This document shows positions 10,842-22,892 of a DNA stretch of 64,000 nt, one piece after another. Every line of letters begins with the position of its first letter. The stretch's first letter is position 1. Origin of the DNA: Hydrurus foetidus (taxonomy: Eukaryota); NCBI GenBank assembly GCA_900617105.1, contig UYFQ01000023.1, forward strand, positions 62,001-126,000. Direction: 5' to 3'. The translations under genes were made by a program, and so were the position numbers. The notes beneath the pieces were generated by a model. That model was given only the letters and a program-made list of their open reading frames with translations, was not told the origin of the DNA and made no database searches.

Positions 10842-13205
10842 TCAAACCAAGGCTTTGTAAACCCCGCAGCCCACGTACAGATCGTCAATACGGCGCACGA
10901 ACGACATTTTGGTTTGCACCGTGCCAGTAGCAGGGTTGGTGATGTCATACAGCACCCAGCCCGGTTGCTCGTCGGCTTGCGCTTTGATCGAACGCATCAG
11001 GTCATCGCCGTCAATCCCCGGCACATCCTGCACGCGGGTATTGACCTTGGCTGGGTTGCCTGCAAAAGCCAAGTAGGTGCCTGTGGCGCTGAGGGCAAAA
11101 ACATACATATCGCGCTCAAAAAAGCCATTACCAACATCGTTCAGGCCACGTACAAAGGCATCTTTGCTGCATGTACTCCGGTAAGCGAAAGCCTTGTCCA
11201 TCAGTCCAATGGCCTCGTAGGCTGTGCCTTGCAGCAGTTTGAATTCTGAGGCCATGTCACTCAATGTAGACGCCCGCTGCTCCATGCTGTGGGATTGGCG
11301 CACGGCACGCTCCACCATCTCACCGTTGCGTTGGGTGATTTCATCGAGCTGCGTCACCGCCTGTGAGATTTCTCTGATGCCAGCGCTTTGCTCGGCGCTG
11401 GCGGTCGAGATGAGCGACAACGTGCTCGCCACTTCACGGATCCCCGTCACAATTTGTTCAATGCGATCGCCTGCAACGCGAATTTGTCCCACGCTGGCTT
11501 CCACCTGATCAGACGACGCTTGAATCAAGTGGCGTATCTCTTTGGCGCTTTCCGCTGACCGCTTGGCCAGCAGGCGCACCTCGCTGGCCACCACGGCAAA
11601 GCCCCGCCCCTGCTCACCGGCCCGTGCCGCCTCTACAGCGGCATTCAGCGCCAAGATGTTGGTCTGGAAAGCCAAACTGTCGATCACACTGATGATGTCG
11701 CTCATACGCTGGGCGCTTTGCTGAATCGCCTCGACCGAGACGATGGCCGCAGTCATCGACTGTGCGCCCTCGTCTGCCAGCACCCGCACTTGCAACGCTT
11801 GGCGGTCTACCGCGCTGGCCGATTCCGCATTTTGTGCCACGGTAGATGCCAGCTCTTGCACACTGGCGGCGGTTTGCTCTAGGTTGGCCGCTTGCTGCTC
11901 AGTACGGTCAGCGAGGTCTTGATTGCCTTCGCTTAAATTGCGGCCTGCATAAGCTACCAAGGCCGCATCACTTCCGACGGCAGCCACCATCACAGAAATA
12001 TTACGAACCATTATGCGCAGCAGCTCCGCCAGATCGCCGATCTCGTCGCGCCCCCGCACCGTTGCGACCACACGCAAATTACCCTGCGACAGTTGCGTTA
12101 AAGAAAAACTAAGTCGCTCTAAATCAACGCGGAAGGAACGGTAAAAACAAATCATCACGTAGAGCAGCAACCCCATCCCCACCAGCAAACCCAGCGCCAA
12201 CTGCATTCGCTCTTGGCTTAATTTATCGTCTCTGGCTTTCAGCAGAAAAACCAAACGGTCTTGTATTTTGGTGTTAACGGTCTGCAATGCATCAATGGCT
12301 TTGGTGCCCACAGCAAAGTAGGCAGCACTGTCGATCGGTGCAGCATCTTGCCCAGCCACCGCAGTCGACCCAAAAGCCGTTCGCGACAACGTAGCAAACG
12401 CCATAGAAGCATCCCTGGCATCCTCTACCCCCAAAGGGGCATCGTCGTAGGCTGTCAGCAAAGACAGAATAAAGGTGTTGTCAATAACAGATTCGGTCAA
12501 ATGGTTAGACCGGGCCAGCAGACCCGAACGTGCCATCAAGTCAGGTGTTGTAGCCACCAAATGGGCTGTACCCGCCCCTCGCAGCTGGCCAATTTTTTCA
12601 GACCATGGCCCAGTGCGCGAGACCAGTGCATCCATAAGCATGTAGGGTGCAGGCTCAGGGTCAAACAGAAGCGTAGAACGATCCGCCAGCAGGTAAATGA
12701 AGTGCTGCAATGCTTGCACTGCTTCATTGTGTTGCTTGAAGCTGTCTGCAGCTTTGGCATTGGGCTGGTCTACTGTCAACGCTTGGACACGTCCCCGCAC
12801 GGCGCTCCATTCTTTGTCAACTTTCAGATCCGGTAAGGCTTTCAACACATCATCCACACTCACCAAACCGGCTTGCACCAGTTTGCGTGTTTCATCGCGA
12901 GCAACGCGTACAGTTGCATTGCCCGCAAGCACCACGTTATTTTGTCCCCGGTGCTTTTGTAGCTGAACCACCAGCGTCATAACGGGTTGAATAACCCGTA
13001 AACCATCCAACTCTAATCGTGTGGACACGACCGCATCCGTCTGGCGTATGAACAGCAACACAGCAACCAACATCATCGGAATTAGGATGATCGTGGCCAG
13101 CAGCCCCAGTTTCAACGGAAAGCGCATGCGTCGTAACAACCACACGCCATAGAGCCAAATACCCAGGCCCTCTGCGTTACGGGGTGAATTTGAACTTGTC
13201 ATCAT
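10842..13205 (-). CDS. Methyl-accepting chemotaxis protein with C-terminal Cache-like domain
   Basis: Two TM segments, HAMP (RDEIGDL), signalling hairpin [31 protein letters not shown], then ~125 aa with MYVFAL...[10 protein letters not shown]...KMSFV...VGCGVY. Confidence 0.92.
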   Translation of the reverse strand: MMTSSNSPRNAEGLGIWLYGVWLLRRMRFPLKLGLLATIILIPMMLVAVLLFIRQTDAVVSTRLELDGLRVIQPVMTLVVQLQKHRGQNNVVLAGNATVRVARDETRKLVQAGLVSVDDVLKALPDLKVDKEWSAVRGRVQALTVDQPNAKAADSFKQHNEAVQALQHFIYLLADRSTLLFDPEPAPYMLMDALVSRTGPWSEKIGQLRGAGTAHLVATTPDLMARSGLLARSNHLTESVIDNTFILSLLTAYDDAPLGVEDARDASMAFATLSRTAFGSTAVAGQDAAPIDSAAYFAVGTKAIDALQTVNTKIQDRLVFLLKARDDKLSQERMQLALGLLVGMGLLLYVMICFYRSFRVDLERLSFSLTQLSQGNLRVVATVRGRDEIGDLAELLRIMVRNISVMVAAVGSDAALVAYAGRNLSEGNQDLADRTEQQAANLEQTAASVQELASTVAQNAESASAVDRQALQVRVLADEGAQSMTAAIVSVEAIQQSAQRMSDIISVIDSLAFQTNILALNAAVEAARAGEQGRGFAVVASEVRLLAKRSAESAKEIRHLIQASSDQVEASVGQIRVAGDRIEQIVTGIREVASTLSLISTASAEQSAGIREISQAVTQLDEITQRNGEMVERAVRQSHSMEQRASTLSDMASEFKLLQGTAYEAIGLMDKAFAYRSTCSKDAFVRGLNDVGNGFFERDMYVFALSATGTYLAFAGNPAKVNTRVQDVPGIDGDDLMRSIKAQADEQPGWVLYDITNPATGTVQTKMSFVRRIDDLYVGCGVYKALV

Positions 13206-13276
13206 CAGCCTTTTACAAGCGAAATATGTTCAAACTGTAAGTTACAAGCATTAACCTGAACATTAAGGGGGTTGAA

Positions 13277-13771
13277 TCAACCAGGGTAAGCGGCTGCCAG
13301 GGCCGTAAAAGCACTCACCACTTCTGGTGGCGCCTGCACAAGCTCAATCAGCACGCCCTCCCCGCCAATTGGCAGCTCGTCATTTCCTTTAGGGTGGACA
13401 AAGCAAATATCAAAACCCGCAGCCCCTTTGCGAATCCCCCCAGGGGCAAAGCGCATCCCTTGGGCGCTGAGCCATTCCACCGCCACCGGTAAATTATCAA
13501 TCCACAGCCCCACATGGTTCAGCGGTGTGGTGTGGACGGCGGGTTTTTTGTCGATGTCCAGCGGCTGCATCAAATCGACCTCCACCTTGAACGGGCCGAC
13601 ACCAATGGCACAGATGTCCTCGTCCACGTTCTCACGCTCGCTCTTGAAGGTGCCCGTCACTTGCAGGCCAAACAGGTCCACCCAGAGTTTTTGCAAGCGC
13701 ATTTTGTCGGTGCCACCGATGGCGATTTGCTGGATGCCCAGAACTTTGAAGGGGCGTGGGCTGTTCATCAC
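13277..13771 (-). CDS. VOC-family protein, probable methylmalonyl-CoA epimerase
   Basis: [20 protein letters not shown]...GVLIELVQ; last gene of the mutase/PCC operon. Confidence 0.75.
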   Translation of the reverse strand: MMNSPRPFKVLGIQQIAIGGTDKMRLQKLWVDLFGLQVTGTFKSERENVDEDICAIGVGPFKVEVDLMQPLDIDKKPAVHTTPLNHVGLWIDNLPVAVEWLSAQGMRFAPGGIRKGAAGFDICFVHPKGNDELPIGGEGVLIELVQAPPEVVSAFTALAAAYPG

Positions 13772-15828
13772 GCAAACTCCACAATCGGTTGGTCAACCGT
13801 CAGCGATTCACCCTTGTTCGCCATCACTTTGGCGACCACGCCATCGGCAGCGGCGAACAGCACGTTTTCCATCTTCATCGCCTCAATCACGGCCACACGC
13901 TCGCCCATCAGCACTTTTTGACCGGGTTGCACAGCCACTTCCACCAACAAACCAGGCATGGGGGACAGCACAAAGCGGCTCATGTCGGGCGGCGCCTTGT
14001 GGGGCATCAGAGCGTGCAGCTCAGCAGCGCGGGGCGAAAGCACCATCGCGTCCAGCTGCGTGCCGTTGTGCGCCACGCGGATCGCCAACGGGTTTTTGAG
14101 TGCAGCACCAGGGCCACCGCGCTCGACTTGGGCGGTGAAAGGCTGGCCATTCACCGTGCCGCGAATGCGCACGCTGCCCAAATGCCATTTGCTACAAATT
14201 TCATAGCGTTTATCGCCCACCTGAACTGCACTGGAGCCTGATTGGGCTTGAAAATCAGTCACGCACACCTGCTGCGACTGGTTCTGACCGCCCGCCCCCA
14301 AGGCGACCACCACAAAATCTTCGCCCACCTTCACGCTATGCCCGGCCAGTTGACCGCTTAAGCCCGAAGCCCGTGCCAGCACACGGCGCTGCACGTAAGC
14401 GGCCAGGGCCATCAGCCACTGCGGATCGTCGTGCGGCACATCCGCAGCAGAGAAGCCTTTGCCGTAGTTTTCAGCGATAAAGCCGGTATTGAAGTCACCC
14501 GTGACGAACTTGGGATGCGCCAAGAGCGCGGCCTGGAACGGGATGTTGCTGCTGATGCCGCGAATCACAAAGCCGTTCAGCGCCTCGCGCATCTTGGCAA
14601 TAGCGTCCAAACGGTCTTTGCCGTGGACGATGAGCTTGGCGATCATCGAGTCGTAAAACATCGGGATTTCGCCGCCATCTTGCACCCCTGTATCCACGCG
14701 CACACCCTGCCACTGCGAGGTATCCGACGCGAACATCGTCTCTTTAGGCGGTTGAAAACGCACCAAGCGCCCGGTGGACGGCAAGAAGTTGCGGAATGGG
14801 TCTTCCGCGTTGATGCGGCACTCGATGGCCCAGCCCTCGCGTTTCACCTCGGCCTGCGTCAGCGGCAACGGTTCGCCAGCCGCCACACGGATCATCAGTT
14901 CCACCAAATCCAGCCCGGTGATGCACTCGGTGACGGGGTGTTCCACCTGCAAGCGGGTGTTCATCTCTAAAAAGTAGAAACTCTGGTCGCGTCCCACCAC
15001 GAACTCCACCGTACCCGCGCTTTGGTACTTCACGGCTTTGGCCAGCTGCACCGCCTGCTCACCCATTGCTTTTCGCGTGGCATCGCTGATGAAGGGCGAC
15101 GGCGCTTCCTCAATCACCTTTTGGTGGCGGCGCTGGATAGAGCATTCGCGCTCGTTCAGGTAAATCACATTGCCCTGGCTGTCGCCAATCAGCTGGATTT
15201 CGATGTGGCGGGGTTCCTCGACGAACTTCTCGATGAACACCCGGTCATCACCAAAGCTGTTGCGCGCTTCGTTGCGACACGAGGTGAAACCCTCAAACGC
15301 TTCTTTGTCATTGAACGCCACCCGCAAGCCCTTGCCACCGCCGCCCGCGCTGGCTTTGATCATCACGGGGTAGCCGATGCTTTTGGCGATTTCCACCGCA
15401 GCTTCCGCCGTTTCTATGGCATCGTTAACGCCGGGAATGCAGTTCACGCCTGCTGCACCCGCTAGCTTTTTAGATTCGATCTTGTCACCCATCGCGGCGA
15501 TGGAGTAGTGCTTGGGGCCGATGAAGACGATGCCCTCTTCTTCCACCCGTTTGGCGAAAGAAGCGTTCTCACTCAAAAACCCGTAGCCCGGATGCACGGC
15601 CTGTGCGCCCGTGGCTTTGCACGCAGCAATGATTTTGTCGGCCACGAGGTAACTCTCGCGGCTGGGTGCCGGGCCGATGTTGACGGCCTCGTCCGCCAGC
15701 GCCACATGGCGGGCATCTTTGTCGGCATCCGAGTAAACGGCGACGGTTTGGATGCCCATCTTGCGGGCAGTGAGGATGACGCGGCAGGCGATTTCGCCTC
15801 GGTTGGCGATGAGGATTTTGGTGAACAT
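13768..15828 (-). CDS. pccA: Propionyl-CoA carboxylase alpha subunit (biotin carboxylase + biotin carrier)
   Basis: [36 protein letters not shown] biotin site. Confidence 0.93.
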   Translation of the reverse strand: MFTKILIANRGEIACRVILTARKMGIQTVAVYSDADKDARHVALADEAVNIGPAPSRESYLVADKIIAACKATGAQAVHPGYGFLSENASFAKRVEEEGIVFIGPKHYSIAAMGDKIESKKLAGAAGVNCIPGVNDAIETAEAAVEIAKSIGYPVMIKASAGGGGKGLRVAFNDKEAFEGFTSCRNEARNSFGDDRVFIEKFVEEPRHIEIQLIGDSQGNVIYLNERECSIQRRHQKVIEEAPSPFISDATRKAMGEQAVQLAKAVKYQSAGTVEFVVGRDQSFYFLEMNTRLQVEHPVTECITGLDLVELMIRVAAGEPLPLTQAEVKREGWAIECRINAEDPFRNFLPSTGRLVRFQPPKETMFASDTSQWQGVRVDTGVQDGGEIPMFYDSMIAKLIVHGKDRLDAIAKMREALNGFVIRGISSNIPFQAALLAHPKFVTGDFNTGFIAENYGKGFSAADVPHDDPQWLMALAAYVQRRVLARASGLSGQLAGHSVKVGEDFVVVALGAGGQNQSQQVCVTDFQAQSGSSAVQVGDKRYEICSKWHLGSVRIRGTVNGQPFTAQVERGGPGAALKNPLAIRVAHNGTQLDAMVLSPRAAELHALMPHKAPPDMSRFVLSPMPGLLVEVAVQPGQKVLMGERVAVIEAMKMENVLFAAADGVVAKVMANKGESLTVDQPIVEFA
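14191..14248 (+). repeat. Dispersed fixed-spacing motif, copy in pccA
   Basis: GCT ACAAATTTC ATAGC GTTTAT CGC CCACCTGAACT GCA CTGGAGCCTGA TTGGGCT. Confidence 0.85.
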
Positions 15829-15848
15829 GGTTTTAGTCTCCTAGGTCT

Positions 15849-17381
15849 TTACAGCGGAATGTTCCCGTGCTTGCGCCAAGGGTTTTCCAGCTTTTTGGTC
15901 GCCAGCATCACCAGCGAGCGGCAGATGCGTTTGCGGGTTTCATGCGGCAAGATCACATCGTCGATAAAGCCCCGCGCACCGGCGACGAAGGGGTTGGCGA
16001 AGCGGGCTTTGTATTCGGCTTCTTTGGCTGCGAGTTTGGCGGGGTCGCCTTTGTCTTCGCGGAAGATGATTTCCACCGCGCCTTTGGCCCCCATCACGGC
16101 GATTTCGGCGTTGGGCCAGGCGAAGTTCACGTCGCCGCGCAGGTGCTTGGAGCTCATCACGTCGTACGCACCACCGTAGGCTTTGCGGGTGATGACGGTG
16201 ATTTTTGGCACGGTGCATTCGGCGTAGGCGTAGAGCAGTTTGGCACCGTGTTTGATGATGCCGCCGTACTCTTGGCTCGTGCCGGGCATGAAGCCGGGTA
16301 CATCCACAAAGGTGATGACGGGGATGTTGAAGCAGTCACAAAAGCGCACAAAGCGGGCTGCTTTGATGGACGATTTGATGTCCAGGCAACCGGCCAGCAC
16401 CAGCGGCTGGTTGGCGACGATACCCACCGTTTGGCCTTCCATGCGGGCAAAGCCGATGACAATGTTTTTGGCGTATTCGGGCTGGATTTCAAAAAAGTCG
16501 CCATCGTCCACGATTTTGACGATCAGCTCTTTCATGTCGTAGGGCTTGTTGGGGTTCTCGGGCACCAGGGTGTCCAGCGACAAGTCCATGCGGTCGGCTG
16601 GGTCGTTGCTGGGGCGCACGGGGGCTTTTTCGCGGTTGTTCAGCGGCAGGTAGCTGTAGAGGCGGCGCAGCATCAGCAGGGCTTCCACATCGTTTTCGAA
16701 CGCCAAATCGACCACGCCGCTCTTGGTGGTGTGGGTGATGGCGCCGCCCAACTCTTCTGCTGTCACCTCTTCGTGCGTCACGGTTTTGACGACTTCAGGG
16801 CCGGTGACGAACATGTAGGAGCTGTCTTTCACCATGAAGATGAAGTCCGTCATGGCGGGTGAATACACCGCGCCACCGGCGCAAGGCCCCATCACCATGC
16901 TGATTTGAGGCACCACACCGCTGGCCATCACGTTGCGCTGGAACACATCGGCGTAGCCGCCCAAGCTGGCCACGCCTTCTTGGATGCGGGCACCGCCGGA
17001 GTCGTTCAGGCCGATGACGGGCGCGCCAACTTTCATCGCTTGGTCCATCACCTTGCAGATTTTTTCGGCGTGGGCTTCGCTCAAAGCGCCGCCAAAAACG
17101 GTGAAGTCTTGACTGAAGACAAACACCAAGCGGCCAGAGATCATGCCGTAGCCCGTGACCACGCCGTCACCGGGGATCTTCTGGTCTGGCATGCCGAAGT
17201 CGGCACAGCGGTGCTCAACGAACATGTCCCACTCTTCAAACGTGCCTTTGTCGAGCAGCAGCTCCAGACGTTCGCGGGCGGTCAGTTTGCCTTTGCTGTG
17301 CTGGGCAGCAACGCGCTTAGGGCCGCCACCGGCACGGGCTTGTTCGCGCTTGGCTTCGAGTTGTTCGAGGATGTCTTGCAT
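15849..17381 (-). CDS. pccB: Propionyl-CoA carboxylase beta subunit
   Basis: [34 protein letters not shown]-terminal RKHGNIPL. Confidence 0.95.
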   Translation of the reverse strand: MQDILEQLEAKREQARAGGGPKRVAAQHSKGKLTARERLELLLDKGTFEEWDMFVEHRCADFGMPDQKIPGDGVVTGYGMISGRLVFVFSQDFTVFGGALSEAHAEKICKVMDQAMKVGAPVIGLNDSGGARIQEGVASLGGYADVFQRNVMASGVVPQISMVMGPCAGGAVYSPAMTDFIFMVKDSSYMFVTGPEVVKTVTHEEVTAEELGGAITHTTKSGVVDLAFENDVEALLMLRRLYSYLPLNNREKAPVRPSNDPADRMDLSLDTLVPENPNKPYDMKELIVKIVDDGDFFEIQPEYAKNIVIGFARMEGQTVGIVANQPLVLAGCLDIKSSIKAARFVRFCDCFNIPVITFVDVPGFMPGTSQEYGGIIKHGAKLLYAYAECTVPKITVITRKAYGGAYDVMSSKHLRGDVNFAWPNAEIAVMGAKGAVEIIFREDKGDPAKLAAKEAEYKARFANPFVAGARGFIDDVILPHETRKRICRSLVMLATKKLENPWRKHGNIPL

Positions 17382-17414
17382 GGTTGTGGTGCTCCGTTAT
17401 TTTGAAAATCAGTT

Positions 17415-17472
17415 ACTCATCAATTGATAGCTGCTATAGCTTATAAAGACTGCGCTAAAAGCATATTTCGTG
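17415..17472 (+). repeat. Dispersed fixed-spacing motif overlapping meaB stop codon
   Basis: ACT CATCAATTG ATAGC TGCTAT AGC TTATAAAGACT GCG CTAAAAGCATA TTTCGTG. Confidence 0.85.
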
Positions 17473-18442
17473 CGGCTGTGGAGGCGGCAATGCGGCCTTC
17501 GGTCACGTCTCGCACCATCTGGGGCAGCAGCTCGCGCACGGCGGCGTGCTGGCGGAAAGCCTGCTTCAGGCCCGCATCGATACGTTCCCACATCCACGCC
17601 AAAGACTGCTGCTGGCGGCGTGCCGTCCATTGGCCGTTGGTGGTTTGCAGAGTTTGGAATTGGGTGACAGCGGCCCAGAACGCATCCACGCCTTGGCCCT
17701 TGAGAGCGCTGAGCTGGATAACTTGCGGGTGCCAAAACTGGTCGTAAGTCGCCGCCTGGCTGCTCCCCATCGCATTGTTGACCAAGCCAAAAAGGCGCAT
17801 CGCCGAGCTGATCTGCGCCTGCGCACGCATGGCGGCATTGGCGTCGATATCGGCTTTGTTGATGACGACCAAATCGGCCAGCTCCATCACGCCTTTTTTG
17901 ATGGCTTGCAGGTCGTCGCCTGCGTTGGGGAGCTGCATCAGCACAAACATGTCAGTCATGTTGGCCACCGCCGTTTCGGACTGGCCCACGCCCACGGTTT
18001 CGACGATCACCACGTCATAGCCCGCCGCTTCGCACACCAGCATGGCCTCACGGGTTTTCTCGGCCACACCGCCCAGCGTACCGCTGCTGGGACTGGGGCG
18101 GATGTAAGCACGCTCGTGGACGGAAAGCATTTCCATACGGGTTTTATCGCCCAGGATGGAACCGCCTGAGACTGTGGACGACGGGTCAATCGTCAGCACC
18201 GCCACCCGGTGCCCCAGCGCAATGAGGTGCAAACCCAGGACTTCGATGAAGGTGGATTTACCCACGCCGGGTACGCCGCTGATGCCCAGACGCAAGGATT
18301 GGCCGGTGTGGGGCAGCAAAGCGGTGAGCAACTCATCAGCCTGCACGCGGTGGTCGGCGCGGGTGGATTCGAGCAGGGTGATGGCTTTGGCGATGGCGCG
18401 GCGCCTAGGCATGGCGGCACCGTGGAGTAGCGTATCAAGCAT
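17441..18442 (-). CDS. meaB: Methylmalonyl-CoA mutase-associated GTPase
   Basis: GVPGVGKST, IDPSS...GGSILGDKTRM, ETVGVGQSE, NKAD. Confidence 0.95.
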   Translation of the reverse strand: MLDTLLHGAAMPRRRAIAKAITLLESTRADHRVQADELLTALLPHTGQSLRLGISGVPGVGKSTFIEVLGLHLIALGHRVAVLTIDPSSTVSGGSILGDKTRMEMLSVHERAYIRPSPSSGTLGGVAEKTREAMLVCEAAGYDVVIVETVGVGQSETAVANMTDMFVLMQLPNAGDDLQAIKKGVMELADLVVINKADIDANAAMRAQAQISSAMRLFGLVNNAMGSSQAATYDQFWHPQVIQLSALKGQGVDAFWAAVTQFQTLQTTNGQWTARRQQQSLAWMWERIDAGLKQAFRQHAAVRELLPQMVRDVTEGRIAASTAARNMLLAQSL

Positions 18443-18458
18443 AAGAAGGTACGGTAAC

Positions 18459-18516
18459 GCTACACAAACTCAAACCGTCAGTGCTTTTTTAATCTGCTCC
18501 AGCACATCCTTAGCAC
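18459..18516 (+). repeat. Possible degenerate motif copy overlapping scpA stop
   Basis: GCT ACACAAACT CAAAC CGTCAG TGC TTTTTTAATCT GCT CCAGCACATCC TT; spacing fits but ATAGC box is eroded. Confidence 0.4.
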
Positions 18517-20006
18517 TCGCCGGAATCGGCGTGCCCGGCCCGTAGATACCCTTCACGCCAGCTTCGTACAGCATCTCGTAATCTTGCCGGGGAATCACAC
18601 CGCCGACGAACACGATGATGTCGTCTGCGCCTTGTTTTTTCAGCTCTGCAATGATGGCGGGCACCAAGGTTTTGTGGCCTGCGGCTAGCGTCGATACACC
18701 CACGGCATGGACATCGTTTTCAATCGCTTGGCGAGCGCATTCTTCGGGGGTTTGGAACAGCGGGCCCATGTCCACGTCGAAGCCCAAATCAGCGAAGGCG
18801 GTGGCGACGACTTTGGCGCCTCGGTCGTGGCCGTCTTGGCCGAGTTTGGAGATCATCACGCGGGGGCGACGGCCTTGTTCATCACCGAAGGCGGCGATTT
18901 CGGATTTGAGGGTTTCCCATCCGGCGGCGGAATCGTAGGCGGCGGCGTAGACACCGGTGACTTTTTGGGTATCGGCACGGTGGCGACCATAGACGGCTTC
19001 CAGCGCGTCGCTGATTTCGCCCACGGTGGCGCGGGCACGGATGGCATCGACACTCAGGGCCAGCAGGTTACCGGAGTTGGTTTCTGCCGCAAAAGTGATA
19101 GCTGCTAACGCTTTATCTACTTTCTCAGAGTCGCGTTTTTGTTTGATGCTTTGCAGCCTGGCAATTTGACCGTCGCGCACGGCCACATTGTCGATGTCGC
19201 GGGTCTCGATCGCGTCTTCGGTTTTGAGTTTGTACTTGTTGACACCGACGATCACGTCTTTGCCGCTGTCGATGCGGGCCTGCTTTTCAGCCGCCGCCGC
19301 TTCGATTTTGAGTTTGGCCCAGCCGCTGTCCACCGCCTGCGTCATGCCACCCATTGCCTCGACTTCTTCGATGATTTTCCACGCGGCATCGGCCATGTCT
19401 TGCGTGAGTTTTTCCATCATGTAGCTGCCGGCCCAGGGGTCGATCACGCTGGTGATGTGGGTTTCTTCTTGGATGATGAGCTGGGTATTGCGGGCGATGC
19501 GCGAGCTGAATTCGGTGGGCAGGGCGATGGCTTCGTCAAAGCTGTTGGTGTGTAGGCTTTGGGTGCCACCAAAGACGGCTGCCATCGCTTCCACCGTGGT
19601 GCGCACGATGTTGTTGTACGGGTCTTGCTCGGTCAGGCTCCAGCCGCTGGTTTGGCAGTGGGTGCGCAGCATCAGGCTCTTAGGCGATTTGGCGTTGAAG
19701 CCTTTCATGATGCGGCACCAGAGCAGGCGGGCGGCGCGCATTTTGGCGACCTCTAGATAGAAGTTCATGCCGATGGCCCAGAAGAAGCTGAGTCGACCGG
19801 CGAATTCGTCTACGTCCATTCCTTTATGGATAGCAGTCTTCACATACTCGCTGCCGTCTGCGAGGGTAAATGCCAGCTCCAGCGCTTGGTTGGCACCGGC
19901 TTCTTGCATGTGGTAGCCGCTGATGCTGATCGAGTTGAACTTCGGCATATTTTTCGCCGTGTACTCGATGATGTCGCCAATGATGCGCATGGAGGGCGCG
20001 GGCGGG

Positions 20007-20038
<32 letters not shown>

Positions 20039-20662
20039 CAGAATGTCGTTCTGAATGGTGCCGGAAAGTTTGTCTTGGCTCACGCCTTGCTCTTCCGCCG
20101 CAACGATGTAACCGGCCAGCACGGGCAGCACCGCACCGTTCATGGTCATGGAGACGCTGACTTTATCGAGTGGGATTTGGTCGAAAAGGATTTTCATGTC
20201 CTCTACGCTGTCGATGGCAACACCGGCTTTGCCCACGTCGCCGGTCACGCGTGGGTGGTCGCTGTCGTAGCCCCGATGGGTAGCCAAGTCGAACGCAACG
20301 CTGACACCCTGCCCGCCTGCGGCCAGCGCTTTGCGGTAAAAAGCGTTAGATTCTTCGGCGGTAGAGAAGCCCGCGTACTGGCGGATTGTCCAGGGGCGCA
20401 CGGCGTACATAGTGGCTTGCGGGCCACGCAAGTACGGCTCAAAGCCGGGCAAGGTGTTGGCGTAAGGCAGGTCTTGTGTGTCGGCCGCGGTGTACAACGG
20501 CTTGACGGTGATGCCGTCAGGCGTTTGCCAGTTGAGCGCATCCACATCACCACCAGGGGCAGATTTGGCGGCAGCGCGCGTCCACGCTTCGGGGGTGCCG
20601 GGCGTGAAGTCAGGCCACGTTGGCACACTGGTGGCTGGATGAACGGGGCGGTCTGAAGTCAT
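18470..20662 (-). CDS. scpA: Methylmalonyl-CoA mutase (B12-dependent)
   Basis: [25 protein letters not shown]12-binding [10 protein letters not shown]. Confidence 0.97.
19086..19143 (+). repeat. Dispersed fixed-spacing motif, copy in scpA
   Basis: GCC GCAAAAGTG ATAGC TGCTAA CGC TTTATCTACTT TCT CAGAGTCGCGT TTTTGTT. Confidence 0.78.
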
Positions 20663-20740
20663 GGTGAGTACGGGTAAAGACGTGGGGGACGTGTGACAGA
20701 GGGGCCACGCCTTGTGAACAGCAGGGTCAAAGTTTACATC

Positions 20741-20756
20741 ATTTATAATTATAAAT
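20741..20756. promoter_or_regulatory. Perfect 16-bp palindrome, candidate GntR operator
   Basis: ATTTATAATTATAAAT between divergent scpA and gntR. Confidence 0.6.
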
Positions 20757-20787
20757 TCAAAAATTACACCTGCATTACAATTTCACC

Positions 20788-21429
20788 ATGTCTGCACGCC
20801 CACACACTTTGACCCCTAAAGCTCTTTACGAAGAGGTGGCGGAGTTATTGCGCCAGCGCATCTTCAACCGCGAGTTACCTCCGGGTGGATGGATTGATGA
20901 GCTGAAAATTGCAGAGGAATACGGCATCAGCCGTACACCGCTGCGTGAGGCATTGAAAGTGCTGGCCGCCGAAGGGCTGATCACGATGAAGGTGCGGCGC
21001 GGCGCGTATGTGACCGAGGTGTCTGAAAAAGACTTGACCGATGTTTATCACCTGCTGGCATTGCTGGAATCGGATGCAGCTGGCGTGGTGGCGGCGCAGG
21101 CAACGGATGCAGAACTGCAAGAGCTGACTGAGTTACATCAAGCCCTTGAGTCCGCAGAATCTGACCGTGAAAAGTTTTTCGAAGTGAATGAGCAGTTTCA
21201 CATGCGCCTGCTGGTATTGGCCAATAACAAGTGGCGCGACCAAATGGTGGCCGATTTACGCAAGGTGATGAAACTGAACCGCCATAACTCTCTGCTCAAG
21301 TCAGGGCGGGTACACGACTCTTTGCAAGAGCACCGTGATTTAGTACAGGCACTGGCACGGCGTGATGCACCAGGGGCTATCGCGTGCATGAAGACCCATT
21401 TCCACAATGGGTTGGATGCTGCAATTTAA
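20788..21429 (+). CDS. GntR/FadR-family transcriptional regulator
   Basis: wHTH YGISRTPLREALKVL, FCD-like C-terminus (NEQFH...EH). Confidence 0.93.
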   Translation: MSARPHTLTPKALYEEVAELLRQRIFNRELPPGGWIDELKIAEEYGISRTPLREALKVLAAEGLITMKVRRGAYVTEVSEKDLTDVYHLLALLESDAAGVVAAQATDAELQELTELHQALESAESDREKFFEVNEQFHMRLLVLANNKWRDQMVADLRKVMKLNRHNSLLKSGRVHDSLQEHRDLVQALARRDAPGAIACMKTHFHNGLDAAI

Positions 21430-21476
21430 GAACTGTGCGTTCAAATTTAAAAAATTAAAGATAAAAACTCAAAAAC

Positions 21477-21527
21477 AAAAAAACTTGGGGGCTGCATAAC
21501 TTGATGTCATGCAGCCCCCAAGCTTTT
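21477..21527. terminator. Bidirectional intrinsic terminator between convergent gntR and hns-like gene
   Basis: 14-bp stem CTTGGGGGCTGCAT / ATGCAGCCCCCAAG flanked by A- and T-tracts. Confidence 0.85.
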
Positions 21528-21541
21528 GGCTTAATTAAAAA

Positions 21542-21844
21542 TTAAGCAGCTATCAAGTAAGCATCACGCTCTTGGTCTTGGATCCACTTTGGTGGCTTGC
21601 CACGGCCAGTCCAAGTGTCACCTGTTGCTGGGTTGCGGTACTTAGGTGCAACCTTACCAGAAGGACGCTTCACGCCTTTGGTTTTGCCACTGAAACTGGG
21701 GAATAAATCTTCTTGCGTCAATTCAAAATCAGCCATGATGGCGTGGATTTGCGCAATCGCACCTGAAATTTCATTCTCACGAACTTGGGTGATTTGAGCT
21801 TCAAGCGCTTCGCGCTGCTGGAGGAGTTCTTTGTAGCTGGACAT
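21542..21844 (-). CDS. H-NS family nucleoid protein
   Basis: PKYRNPATGDTWTGRGKPPKW DNA-binding signature. Confidence 0.92.
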   Translation of the reverse strand: MSSYKELLQQREALEAQITQVRENEISGAIAQIHAIMADFELTQEDLFPSFSGKTKGVKRPSGKVAPKYRNPATGDTWTGRGKPPKWIQDQERDAYLIAA

Positions 21845-21940
21845 GAGAGCCTTTGCAAATTAAAAGTTTAAACTTTTTATTATCAATATACATACCCTGT
21901 ACGGGGAAGGATAGCATAGTTTTAAGTTTATGTGAAACTT

Positions 21941-22849
21941 TCAGTTACCTTTGGCATTAGCTGTCAACAGCAATTTTAACTTAGGTAATACAGCTTGCAT
22001 GGCGAGACGGCCAGCCTCTATTGCTGCCTTACGGGCACCAAAATCAGCCCCCTTCATATTGCCCAATGCAGGTTTGACGACGATTTCAGCTTCGCGGAGT
22101 TCGTAGCTGTTAATGGTTTTACCCATAATCGCAAAGGTTTGTAACAAAATTTGCATCGTGTCATTCGAAGGGTTGTTTTCAGGTGAGCTGGATATATCTA
22201 CCGCAATCACCACTTCAGCCCCCATTTGGTGTGCAAAGCGCACGGGTACGGGTGACACCAAGCCACCATCCACGTACTCTTGTCGCCCGATTTTGACGGG
22301 CTGAAAAACGGCAGGCACAGCACTGGAAGCTCGCACAGCGGTGCCCGTATCCCCACGTTGAAAAAGCACACCTTGGCCTGTGGCCAGATCGGTCGCCACC
22401 ACGCCCAGCGGCAGAACCATGTTTTCCAGCAGTTTGCCCCCCACCTGGCTGTTCACATAGCGGGCTAAAGCCTCACCACGCAACACACCTCGGCTAAAGA
22501 CCGGCAGTGTCCAGTCCGTGAAAGCGGCTTCTTCCATGGTTTCGGCGACTTGTTGCAGTTGTGCGCCAGTCTTGCCGCTGGCGTAGAGGGCTGCCACCAA
22601 ACTGCCAGCTGATGTGCCCACCACCATGTCAGGGCGAATACCGTTTTCTTCCAGAACCTGAATCACACCTACATGGGCAAAGCCCCGTGCCGCACCGCCA
22701 CCCAAGGCCAGACCCACTTTGAGAGGCCGTTTAGACAAAACCGTGGGAGGCTGGGGTTGCTCGGTGCTGGGTGCAGTCGCGCAACCAGTGATGAACACTG
22801 AAACGCTCAGCGCCAGTGCAGTCAGGAAAGTTCGGGTGTTTATCAGCAT
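21941..22849 (-). CDS. Patatin-like phospholipase (lipoprotein)
   Basis: GGGAARG, GTSAG, DGG; lipobox FITGC; start taken at ATG 22849. Confidence 0.9.
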   Translation of the reverse strand: MLINTRTFLTALALSVSVFITGCATAPSTEQPQPPTVLSKRPLKVGLALGGGAARGFAHVGVIQVLEENGIRPDMVVGTSAGSLVAALYASGKTGAQLQQVAETMEEAAFTDWTLPVFSRGVLRGEALARYVNSQVGGKLLENMVLPLGVVATDLATGQGVLFQRGDTGTAVRASSAVPAVFQPVKIGRQEYVDGGLVSPVPVRFAHQMGAEVVIAVDISSSPENNPSNDTMQILLQTFAIMGKTINSYELREAEIVVKPALGNMKGADFGARKAAIEAGRLAMQAVLPKLKLLLTANAKGN

Positions 22850-22892
22850 ACGACAAGAAGGAGGAAGGTGCCTTTTCGCTTCATAATCAGCA

